Shown in pieces: positions 8,576 through 19,448 of a stretch of 32,581 nucleotides of DNA (position 1 is the stretch's first letter; each line of letters opens with the position of its first letter). A program made the translations under genes and the position numbers. The stretch is taken from NCBI GenBank assembly GCA_046484865.1, contig JAWOID010000080.1:1-32581 (forward strand). Direction: 5' to 3'. Below the pieces are notes generated by a model. It saw only the letters and a program-made list of their open reading frames with translations. It ran no database searches and was not told the DNA's origin. The stretch is from Candidatus Krumholzibacteriia bacterium (lineage in GTDB: Bacteria; Krumholzibacteriota; Krumholzibacteriia; LZORAL124-64-63).

Positions 8576-9010
8576 TCACTTGATGAACCGGAACGAGAGC
8601 GGATACCGGTAGGTCTCGCCGCGATCGCTCTTCACGGCCGCGATGATCGGGAACACGATCATCAGGACACCCACGATGATCAGCAACGGGATGCCGATCA
8701 CGATGAAGGTGAGCGCGGCGCTGATCAAGGCGGCGATCATCATGGTGATCTGGAAGTTCACGGCCTCCCGCCCCTGGTCGTTGACGAAGGGGTGCTCGTC
8801 CCGCTTCACGAGCCAGACCACCAGCGGTCCCAGGAGGAAGCCGATGCCGTTGCCCAGCAGCCCCACGAGGGCCACCAGATGGCAGATCATCGCCCACCGA
8901 CGAGCTTCGGGGGGCGGAACCGGAGCGGCCGGTCCGTTCGCCGCCCCGTGCGCGGGCGGCGTCTGCGGCTGCTCGCCGTGGAGACGGTCGTTACGGGGAT
9001 CCTCGGCCAT
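8576..9010 (-). CDS. DUF4870 / Tic20-like membrane protein, 144 aa
   Basis: WAMICHL...GPLVVWLVKRDEHPFVNDQGREAVNFQIT...G.TYRYP pattern; RBS AAGGA before ATG 9010. Confidence 0.88.
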   Translation of the reverse strand: MAEDPRNDRLHGEQPQTPPAHGAANGPAAPVPPPEARRWAMICHLVALVGLLGNGIGFLLGPLVVWLVKRDEHPFVNDQGREAVNFQITMMIAALISAALTFIVIGIPLLIIVGVLMIVFPIIAAVKSDRGETYRYPLSFRFIK

Positions 9011-9163
9011 GACGGTCCTTTCCTGATCTGCGAGGTCGGCGCCACCCGGCGAGTTGCACCCGGCGCCGACCACCGCGGTTGACGGCTTTCCAGCCACAGG
9101 TTAGCGGACGTGGGCGCCATGGCCAACCTCGCATTGCCGCAATCCGCGACGCGCAGCCATGGG

Positions 9164-9192
9164 TTGACCGGCAGACATCCGTCTGTCAACCT
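9164..9192 (+). promoter_or_regulatory. lexA promoter containing putative LexA operator CAGAC-atcc-GTCTG (9172-9185)
   Basis: TTGACC (9164-9169), 17-nt spacer holding the palindrome, CAACCT (9187-9192). The same palindrome occurs upstream of imuA. Confidence 0.75.
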
Positions 9193-9214
9193 CGGTTGCC
9201 GGAGGTGGATCGAA

Positions 9215-9829
9215 ATGCCGCGAACGCCCCCCGGGGCCACGCGCCGCCGGGTCATGGACTTCGTACGCGAACGGATCCTCGCGGGGGAGCCCCCCACCAC
9301 GCGCGAGGTTCAGCAGCACCTGGGGTTCAGCGCGGTGCAGTCGGCCCGCCAGCACCTGGAGGCGCTGGTGGCGGAAGGGCGGCTCGTGAAAGTGCCGGGC
9401 CGTGCGCGCGGCTACCGCCTGCCGCCGGCGCGGGACGGCGGCCCGGTCGTGAGGCTGGTGCCCCGCATCGGGCGGGTGCAGGCGGGGGCGTTCACCGAGG
9501 CCCTCGAAGATCCTCAGGGTTATCTGGCCCTCGGCGATCGACCCGCGGGCGAGGACCTGATCGCCCTGACGGTCAGCGGCGACAGCATGGTCGATGCGGG
9601 CATCCTGCCCGGCGATACGGTCATCGTGCGCCGGCAGCCGACTGCCCGCGACGGCGACATCGTGGTGGCGCTGGTGGGCGACGAGGCCACCGTGAAACGG
9701 TTGCACTACCGCCGCGGGCGGTTGGAACTGCACCCCGCCAATCCCGCCTACGCCCCCCTGGTCCCGGAGCCGGGCTCGGATGCGCGCATCCTGGGCCAGG
9801 TGGTCGAGGTTCGACGCCGGCTCGCTTGA
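9215..9829 (+). CDS. lexA: LexA SOS repressor, 204 aa
   Basis: N-terminal HTH (PPTTREV...GF...HLEAL), Ala-Gly cleavage site (RVQAG), catalytic Ser (GDSM) and Lys (ATVKR). ATG 9215 after GGAGGT. Confidence 0.95.
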   Translation: MPRTPPGATRRRVMDFVRERILAGEPPTTREVQQHLGFSAVQSARQHLEALVAEGRLVKVPGRARGYRLPPARDGGPVVRLVPRIGRVQAGAFTEALEDPQGYLALGDRPAGEDLIALTVSGDSMVDAGILPGDTVIVRRQPTARDGDIVVALVGDEATVKRLHYRRGRLELHPANPAYAPLVPEPGSDARILGQVVEVRRRLA

Positions 9830-9900
9830 GGGTCAGCAGCAGCGCCCGTGACGTCGTCGCACCCGCCGCCATTGCACCCGCTACACCGCTACCGCGTTGT

Positions 9901-9970
9901 ACCTGCCGCCCCCTCCGCCCCGACCTCATTCCAGCACCTGCTGCCCCCACCGCTCCGACCTCACACCAGC
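9901..9970 (+). repeat. 35-bp imperfect tandem duplication spanning the patatin stop codon
   Basis: 9901-9935 acctgccgccccctccgccccgacctcattccagc vs 9936-9970 acctgctgcccccaccgctccgacctcacaccagc; 30/35 identical. Confidence 0.75.
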
Positions 9971-10896
9971 GCCGACTGCCGGTGCTCTTGCAGCCAGGCC
10001 ACGGTCTCATCCAGCGGCACCTGTTCGGCGAACCGGACCAGGTAGGGGATCTTCTTCACGTCGTCCATCGCAACCTTCATGCGATCGGGGAACACCGGTG
10101 CGAGGCGGTGATAGCGGTCGCCGAGGATCTGCCGGCACTGATAGTCAGCGATGCCCGAGGTGCCGTCGAACATCAGACCGAGCAGCGGCTTGATCCACTG
10201 GACGTACCCCCAGTCGTGCACCCGCCCCGGAATGAACTGGAGGTTCCGGCCGGTTCCCAGCGACAGGAGCACCACCTCGTCCAGCGACGGCCGCGGACGG
10301 TAGCGACGGTCCTGGGTCTGCGCGAGGGCACACACCGCCGGGTTGCTGGCGTAGACGCCGCCGTCGATGTAGCCGTCCACCGAGGGGAAGTACGTGGGCG
10401 CGGCGCTGGTGTAGAGGCCCACGCGACTGACCAGCGTGCCGCGATCACTGCCCGGACCTGGAAAATTGTGGAAGAGCTTGGGCTTCCACGTGCGCTGGGT
10501 GGGATCGGCAGACTCGTTGTCCAGATCGAAGGCGGTCACCAGCACTCGCTTGTGAAGCTGACCGAGCGTGGTGCCGCCGAACAGCCGGTGCAGTTCGCGG
10601 CGCAGCGGCGCGATGGAATAGTCGGCGCGGCGCAGCTTGCCGAGATCGATCAGATCGTCCAGCCACGAATCCTTGAAGATGGCCGGGCCCTTCTCGACGT
10701 AGACGTCGCGGATGGCGGACGGGTCGAGCCCGTGGGCGATGGCCAGCGCCAGCAGCCCGCCGGTCGAGGTGCCCGCCAGGAGGTCGAACGACCCGAGGAA
10801 TCCGGCCAGCCCCGGCGTCGCCGCCAGTCGCTGCAGGATCACGGTGGTGAGGAGGCCGCGGATGCCGCCGCCGTCCATGGAAAGCACGCGATACAT
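9961..10896 (-). CDS. Patatin-like phospholipase, 311 aa
   Basis: Oxyanion motif DGGGIRG, nucleophile GTSTG, SAAPTYF, catalytic DGG, LSLGTG. ATG 10896 with RBS AAGGAGG. Confidence 0.93.
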   Translation of the reverse strand: MYRVLSMDGGGIRGLLTTVILQRLAATPGLAGFLGSFDLLAGTSTGGLLALAIAHGLDPSAIRDVYVEKGPAIFKDSWLDDLIDLGKLRRADYSIAPLRRELHRLFGGTTLGQLHKRVLVTAFDLDNESADPTQRTWKPKLFHNFPGPGSDRGTLVSRVGLYTSAAPTYFPSVDGYIDGGVYASNPAVCALAQTQDRRYRPRPSLDEVVLLSLGTGRNLQFIPGRVHDWGYVQWIKPLLGLMFDGTSGIADYQCRQILGDRYHRLAPVFPDRMKVAMDDVKKIPYLVRFAEQVPLDETVAWLQEHRQSALV

Positions 10897-10904
10897 GCCC
10901 CTCC

Positions 10905-11040
10905 TTGTGCCAGCGAGATTGTGTCTGCCCGGCGGAGTCCCGAAATCCAGCCCTCCGGCTTGATGATTGATAACTTCGCAAGCATACATCGTGCTGGAAA
11001 TCGGCACTGAAAGGGCCGCGACACAATTTCGCTGGCACAA
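10905..11040. other. 136-bp element bounded by 21-bp inverted repeats (20/21 match)
   Basis: TTGTGCCAGCGAGATTGTGTC (10905-10925) vs GACACAATTTCGCTGGCACAA (11020-11040). The 94-bp interior is lower in GC and contains internal hairpins. Confidence 0.7.
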
Positions 11041-11042
11041 CC

Positions 11043-11062
11043 TTTTCGCCATCTGGCGAAAA
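11043..11062. promoter_or_regulatory. Perfect 9-bp palindrome just upstream of the imuA -35
   Basis: TTTTCGCCA-tc-TGGCGAAAA. Confidence 0.5.
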
Positions 11063-11066
11063 TCGC

Positions 11067-11096
11067 TTGACGCTACAGACATCTGTCTGTTATCAC
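11067..11096 (+). promoter_or_regulatory. imuA operon promoter with putative LexA operator ACAGAC-atct-GTCTGT (11075-11090)
   Basis: TTGACG (11067-11072), palindrome in the spacer, TATCAC -10-like hexamer (11091-11096). Confidence 0.78.
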
Positions 11097-11121
11097 TGTT
11101 GAGAGTTCCCGGAGGACAACC

Positions 11122-11886
11122 ATGGCCCACCCGGCCCTCGATAGCATCGCCAGGGATCTCGGCGGCATCCTGACCCATCCCGCCTTCACGCGGCTGGGGG
11201 CACCTGCGGAACAGCCGGCGTCCCGACCCTCCTGGTCTCCTGCCGAGCTGGTCGGACGGCTCTGCGAGGTGACTCCCGGCGCCGCTTCCGCCGTGCTGAC
11301 CGCCGCCCTGGCCCTGGTGCGCCAGGCCCAGCAGGCCGGCGAGCCGGCAGCCTGGATCTGCGGCGGCGATCCCTTCTATCCACCCGACGCGGCGGCGGGC
11401 GGCGTCGATCTCGCGGCCTTGCCGGTGATCCGGGTGCCGGATGCCGCCGCGGCGGGACGGGCAGCCGACCTGCTGCTGCGCTCGGGCGCCTTCGGGCTGG
11501 TGGTCCTGGACCTGGCCCAGGTCGGAGACGAGCGTCTGGGCCGCGTCCGGGGCCGCGGGCCAGGCCGCGGCCGGGCCCACCCGGTCGGGGCCCGCCTCTC
11601 CCTGGCCCTGCAGGGCCGGCTGGTCCAGCTCGCCCTCAAGCACGGCGCCGCCGTGGTCTGTCTCACCGCCGCTGCCGCGGACACGGCGACCGATCTCCCG
11701 AGCACCGGAGTTCGCGATCTCGGCGCCTCCTCCCTGGGATCGCTGGTCTCCCTGCGGGTGGAAGCGCGGCGGATGCGGCTGGATGATGGGCGTTTCGCCT
11801 GCGAGGTGGAAGCGGTCAAGGACAAGCGTCGCGGTCCGGGCTGGCGCTGGCGGGAGGTGTGCCGTGGACCGGACGGGCTGCTCTGA
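11122..11886 (+). CDS. imuA: ImuA / RecA-like mutasome accessory protein, 254 aa
   Basis: RecA-fold features with degenerate Walker A (GRLCEV...AAWI...FYPPDAAAGGVDL...LLRSGAFGLVVLD); first gene of the imuA-imuB-dnaE2 run; RBS GGAGGA. Confidence 0.85.
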   Translation: MAHPALDSIARDLGGILTHPAFTRLGAPAEQPASRPSWSPAELVGRLCEVTPGAASAVLTAALALVRQAQQAGEPAAWICGGDPFYPPDAAAGGVDLAALPVIRVPDAAAAGRAADLLLRSGAFGLVVLDLAQVGDERLGRVRGRGPGRGRAHPVGARLSLALQGRLVQLALKHGAAVVCLTAAAADTATDLPSTGVRDLGASSLGSLVSLRVEARRMRLDDGRFACEVEAVKDKRRGPGWRWREVCRGPDGLL

Positions 11887-13497
11887 GCGTCGCCTTCGTG
11901 CCGCCCTGCCGGCCGGCACGGGCCGCCCCGCCCTTCCTCCCGGCGTCACACCGCCGCCGCCCGGCTCACCACCGCCCGGCTCACCACCTCCGGGCTCACC
12001 GCCGCCGGGCTCACCGCCGCCGGGCTCACCGCCGCCACCGCTGGCCTGCGTGGACCTGCCGGAGTTGCCGTTGCAGCTCCTGCTGCGCGGCCGGCGCGAG
12101 TGGCGCGGAGGGCCGGCGGCGGTGGTGGCCGCGGACAGCCCCCAGGCGCCCCTGCTGTGGGTGAACGAGGCGGCCCGCCAGGCAGGCATCCTGCCGGGGA
12201 TGCGTCACGCCGCCGCGCTCTCGCTGGACCACCGGCTGCAGGCCGCCACCGTCGACGATGCGGAGATCGCCGCCGCCGTGACGCGTCTGCATCGGCACCT
12301 GCTGCGCTACAGTCCGCGCGTGGAACCGGCCGCCCACGAGCCGGGCGTCTTCTGGCTGGACGCCCGCGGCCTCGAGCGCCTGTTCGGAGCGCCCAGGGCG
12401 TGGGCGGAGCGGCTGCTGCGAAGCCTGACGCGCGCCGGGTTCACGGCCGCGGCGGCGGTCGGGTTCACTCGCTTCGGCAGCTACGGCCTGGCGCGGCTGC
12501 GTCCCGGACTGACCATCACCCCCACCGCGCAGCACGAGACGGCCGCCCTGCATGGCGCCCCCCTCGATCGCCTGCTGCTCGATCACCGCCTCCGCGACGA
12601 TTTGCGCCGCCTGGGAGTGCAGACGGTGGGCGAGTTCGTGGCCCTGCCCGCCCCGGAAGTGCGGGGACGCTTCGGCCTCGCCGCCGCTGCGCTGCACCGG
12701 CTGGCCCGCGACGAGGAGTTCGCCCCCCTGCAACCGCAGCTGCTGCCGGAGCCGCTGCGTGCCCGCGAGGTGCTGGACGAGCCCGAGCACGACGCCTGGC
12801 GGCTGCTCTTCCTGATCAAGCGACTGCTCCACCCCCTGCTGCCGCGCCTGGCGGAGCGCCGGCGGGCCGTGGCCACCCTGGAACTGGAACTGGTGCTCGC
12901 CGACCGCCACGGCAGCCGGTGGCGGGAGCGCCTGCGGCCGGCGGCCCCCAGCCTGGACACGGTGCTGCTCATGGAACTGGTGCGTCTGCGGCTGGAGCGG
13001 CTGGCACTGGACGGCGGCGTGGAGCGGGTGGAGCTCACGCTGCAGGACGCCGGCGCGCCCGCCGAGGCGCTCGGACTCTTCGCGCGGCAGCACCGGCGCG
13101 ATCTGGCCGCTGCCGACCGTGCCCTGGCCCGGGTGCGGGCGGAGTTCGGAGACGACGCCGTGGCCTGCGCCGAGCTGTGCCCGAACCATCTGCCGGAAGC
13201 CCGCTTCCGCTGGGTCGGGCTGCCTGCGCTGCGGACGGCGCAGGCGGAGCGCCCCCCGGCAGCCGGCGCCCCGGCGCGTGGACCGCGCCCGCTGGTGCGG
13301 CGGCTGCTGCGCCGTCCGCGTCCCGTGCCGCCACCGCCCCGCTCCTGGCTCCGGGGCGGCCCCTACCTGGTCTCCGGCGGCTGGTGGCAGGGCGAGGTGC
13401 GCCGCGCCTACTGCTTCGCCGCCGATGGTCGCGGCGGGCTGAGCTGGCTCTACCACGACGCCCGCCGCCGGCGCTGGCTGCTGCAGGGCAGAGTGGA

Positions 13498-13501
<4 letters not shown>
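11864..13501 (+). CDS. imuB: ImuB, inactive Y-family polymerase-like protein, about 545 aa
   Basis: [32 protein letters not shown]...[21 protein letters not shown]-terminal GP...SGGWW...RRAY...WLY. GTG 11864 after GGAGGT overlaps the imuA end; stop overlaps the dnaE2 ATG (ATGA). Confidence 0.88.
11954..12028 (+). repeat. In-frame 15-bp tandem repeat x5 encoding (PPPGS)5
   Basis: Five units of about ccgccgccsggctca at the ImuB N-terminus. Confidence 0.9.
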
Positions 13502-16818
<3,317 letters not shown>

Positions 16819-16836
16819 ACCGCGTGAGAACCCGGA

Positions 16837-17613
16837 TCACCGCCGGTAGAGCGCCTTGACGTCCGACCAGGCGGCGCTCGCCGCGGGCGTCGACAGCGTC
16901 CACCATACCATCAGCACCGGCCGGTGCTCGGGCGTGGCGTTCTCGCGCGTGGCGAACTGCACCCAGCGGTCGGCTTCGGTCTCCGCCAGCCAGTCGCCGC
17001 GCACCATGAACCCCCGGTTGGCGACGGGGTCGGCGATCCAGCCCTGGACCGTCGCCGCCAGCAAGCTCTCGGCGCCCCCCGTCCAGTGATGCACCCCGGC
17101 TTCCGACACGTGGCTCTCGCTCACGGGATCGCCGTAATCGCCTCCCGGCGTGGTCCACTCCAGGTGGTCGTAAGAGGCGTACTGCCAGGTGACGTCGCCA
17201 ATCACGGCCATCTCCGGCGCTTCGCCGGACACGCCCGAACCGCCGGACGGACCCTCGGTCCACGACGTGGTCGCCGGCTTGAGATCGATGCGAACGAGCT
17301 GCTGTCCCCGATAGGTGACGGACAGTTGCAGCGCGACGCTGTCGACCTCCGCGGTGGCCGGAATGTCGGCCAGGTCGAACAGCAGCAGGGCGCGGCGCAC
17401 GTTGCCCGCGGTGTCGCTGCCGGCGTAGGCATACTCGCCCGCTCCGTTGGCGCCCTGGGCGTCCTCCTCGTAGATGGTCGCGTCCGCCACGGCGGCAAAA
17501 CTGGTCAGTTCGGCGCCGGCGGGGACCGCGCCGAACAGGAAGGCCGCGGCCACGACCGGCGCGACGGCGGCGAAGGAACTGTTCCGGATGGATACCATTG
17601 ACAAGGACCTCAC
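16837..17613 (-). CDS. Secreted DNRLRE-like beta-sandwich protein with short conserved C-terminal tail, about 258 aa
   Basis: Signal peptide (...AVPAGA). Motifs ADATI, RRALLLFDL..IP..A.V.S..LQL, SWTEG, VTW, WTTPGGDY, NRGF, F.TRE...RPVL.V. GTG 17613 after GAGGAGG (alternative ATG 17598). Confidence 0.8.
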   Translation of the reverse strand: MRSLSMVSIRNSSFAAVAPVVAAAFLFGAVPAGAELTSFAAVADATIYEEDAQGANGAGEYAYAGSDTAGNVRRALLLFDLADIPATAEVDSVALQLSVTYRGQQLVRIDLKPATTSWTEGPSGGSGVSGEAPEMAVIGDVTWQYASYDHLEWTTPGGDYGDPVSESHVSEAGVHHWTGGAESLLAATVQGWIADPVANRGFMVRGDWLAETEADRWVQFATRENATPEHRPVLMVWWTLSTPAASAAWSDVKALYRR

Positions 17614-17875
17614 GGATCGACCTCCTCGGTTCGGGACCCGGCCGCGCCCGCTCTGCCGGTGGCAGCCGGAGCGCGCCTGCGGTCCGGCGAAAGCGCCGGT
17701 ACGCCCGCAGCGATCACGACCTCGCCGTCCCACAGCATAGCTCCGCCGTGAACCCGGCGGCAATCCTGCGCCCCGTCCGGCCTCCGGTACGGGCCGCCGC
17801 GACGGTTCGCCCTTGGCGAGCCGAGCGCGGCATGGTTCCTTGTCGAGTGTCACCGGCCGCGCCAGGAGGCCAACC

Positions 17876-18406
17876 ATGCCCCGTGCCGCTCTCGCCCCGC
17901 TGCCGCAGTATCCCTTCCGCGCCTCCGTCAAGGTGCGCATCACCGACCTGAACTACGGCGGGCATCTCGGCAACGACCGCATGCTCGCCTTGCTGCACGA
18001 GGCCCGGGTGGCCTGGCTCGCGTCCCACGACTGGAGCGAACTGGACTGCGCCGGCGCGGCCCTGATCATGGCCGACGCCGCCCTGCTCTTCCAGAAGGAG
18101 GCGTTCGCCGGGGACGTGCTCGACATCGAGGTGGCCGCGGGCGAGCCGTCGCGGGTGGGATTCCGGCTCTTTTACCGGGTGACCCGCCCCGCCGACGGAG
18201 CGCGCGTGGCCCTGGCGGAGACGGGACTGGTGTGCTTCGACTACGGCACGCGACGGCTCCTGCCGCTGCCCGACGCCGTGCGGGCCGTCTGCCTGGCGCG
18301 GAGCGCGGCGACCGGCGCGGAGGTCGGCGACGCGCCCGGACCAGCAGCACGGTCGGAAGGCCCCGCCGCCGGCGATGCCCGGCGCCGGGGCGGGGAGGCG
18401 CAATGA
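17876..18406 (+). CDS. Hotdog-fold thioesterase (4-HBT/YbgC-like), 176 aa
   Basis: VRITDLNYGGHLGND...HEARV...GDVL...ETG.VCFDY; RBS AGGAGG. Confidence 0.88.
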   Translation: MPRAALAPLPQYPFRASVKVRITDLNYGGHLGNDRMLALLHEARVAWLASHDWSELDCAGAALIMADAALLFQKEAFAGDVLDIEVAAGEPSRVGFRLFYRVTRPADGARVALAETGLVCFDYGTRRLLPLPDAVRAVCLARSAATGAEVGDAPGPAARSEGPAAGDARRRGGEAQ

Positions 18407-19266
18407 GCGAGCGCTTGCCGCCGCTGACGAGCCTGCAGAACCCCCGCGTGAAGGCGCTCGTGAAGCTGCGCCAGCATCGCGAGCGCGAGCGTCGCCGTCT
18501 GACCCTCCTGGAGGAGCCGCTGGTGATCCGCCGCGCCCTCGAGGCCGGTTATCCGCTGCAGGAGGTCTGGGTCTGCCCGGAACGGCTGGTCGATGTCGAA
18601 CTCGCCGACCTGGCCGCGGAGCTCGAGCGGGCCGGCGTGCCGGTGCAGGAGGCCGCCGGAGCCGTGCTCGACAAGGTGTCGTACCGCGGCAGTTCGGACG
18701 GACTGCTGGCGGTGGCGCCGCAGCGTCGGCGGCTGCTGGCGGATCTGCAGCTCGGACAGCGCCCGCTGCTGGTGGTGCTGCTGGCCGTCGAGAAGCCCGG
18801 GAACCTGGGCGCGGTGCTGCGGACCGCCGACGCCTGCGGCTGCGACGCCGTGCTGGTGGGCGATCCGGGCACCGACCTCTACAACCCCAACGTGGTGCGT
18901 GCCTCCCGCGGCGCCCTGTTCACGGTCCCCGCCGTCGCGGACACGGCGGCGGCGGTGCTCGCCTTCCTCGGCGAGCGCGGCATCGTCCGGATCGCCGCCA
19001 CGCCCGACGCGTCCGAGCCCTACACCGGCGTCGATCTGACCGGCCCCACGGCCCTGGTGCTCGGTCCGGAACACGGGGGGCTGAGCGCGGCGCACCGGCA
19101 GGAGTGCGACCGGGCCGTCCGCGTACCCATGCTGGGCGTGGTGGACTCCCTCAACGTGGCCACGACGGCGGCCGTGGTGCTGTACGAGGCGCTGCGCCAG
19201 CGAGGTGCCGGGGCGGGCGCAGGGACAGGCGGGGCAGGCGCGGGACCCGGCTCGCCGGCCACCTGA
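18403..19266 (+). CDS. TrmH/SpoU-family RNA 2'-O-methyltransferase, 287 aa
   Basis: TSLQNPRVK, EKPGNLGAVLRTADA, VVRASRG, LVLGPEHGGL, VPMLGVVDSLNV; ATGA overlap with the thioesterase. Confidence 0.93.
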   Translation: MSERLPPLTSLQNPRVKALVKLRQHRERERRRLTLLEEPLVIRRALEAGYPLQEVWVCPERLVDVELADLAAELERAGVPVQEAAGAVLDKVSYRGSSDGLLAVAPQRRRLLADLQLGQRPLLVVLLAVEKPGNLGAVLRTADACGCDAVLVGDPGTDLYNPNVVRASRGALFTVPAVADTAAAVLAFLGERGIVRIAATPDASEPYTGVDLTGPTALVLGPEHGGLSAAHRQECDRAVRVPMLGVVDSLNVATTAAVVLYEALRQRGAGAGAGTGGAGAGPGSPAT

Positions 19267-19301
19267 GCGGCACATCCGGATCGCCGGCCGCCCGAGCGGC
19301 G

Positions 19302-19448
19302 TCACTCGGCCGGCAGGAACTCGGAGGCGGGAGCGCCGCAGATGGGGCAGCTGGGCGGCGGCTCGTCGCCCTCGTGCAGGTGCAGGCAGACGCGGCATTC
19401 CCAGATCCGGCTCTGCGTCCCGTGTTCGTCGGGGGGTGGCTGCTGCAT
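19302..19448 (-). CDS. Small rubredoxin-like (CxxC...CxxC) protein, 48 aa
   Basis: MQQPPPDEHGTQSRIWECRVCLHLHEGDEPPPSCPICGAPASEFLPAE matches the rubrerythrin-type rubredoxin pattern W.C.VC...H.G.EPP..CP.CGAP...F; RBS AAGGA. Confidence 0.8.
   Translation of the reverse strand: MQQPPPDEHGTQSRIWECRVCLHLHEGDEPPPSCPICGAPASEFLPAE

Noticed and set aside
9961..10896. CBASS anti-phage system (CapV-like patatin)
   Set aside because: No CD-NTase, Cap2/Cap3 or other CBASS gene is adjacent; a patatin alone is not diagnostic.
10905..11040. Retron msr-msd (long a1/a2-like inverted repeats next to a potential effector)
   Set aside because: No reverse transcriptase ORF is recognisable anywhere in the window.
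11033..11050. sigma54 promoter suggested by TGGCAC
   Set aside because: No GC at the required distance (GG-N10-GC) for either copy of the arm.
11954..12028. CRISPR array
   Set aside because: Contiguous 15-bp in-frame units with no unique spacers and no cas genes.
10897..12189. Long N-terminal extension of the patatin ORF (9961..12189) with GGGEP repeats
   Set aside because: Antisense to imuA/imuB; a strong SD and the patatin fold start at 10896.
12100..13497. 466-aa N-terminal extension or ImuB fusion on DnaE2 implied by ORF 12100..16818
   Set aside because: The upstream part is an off-frame read of imuB; the DnaE2 PHP domain begins at ATG 13498, overlapping the imuB stop.
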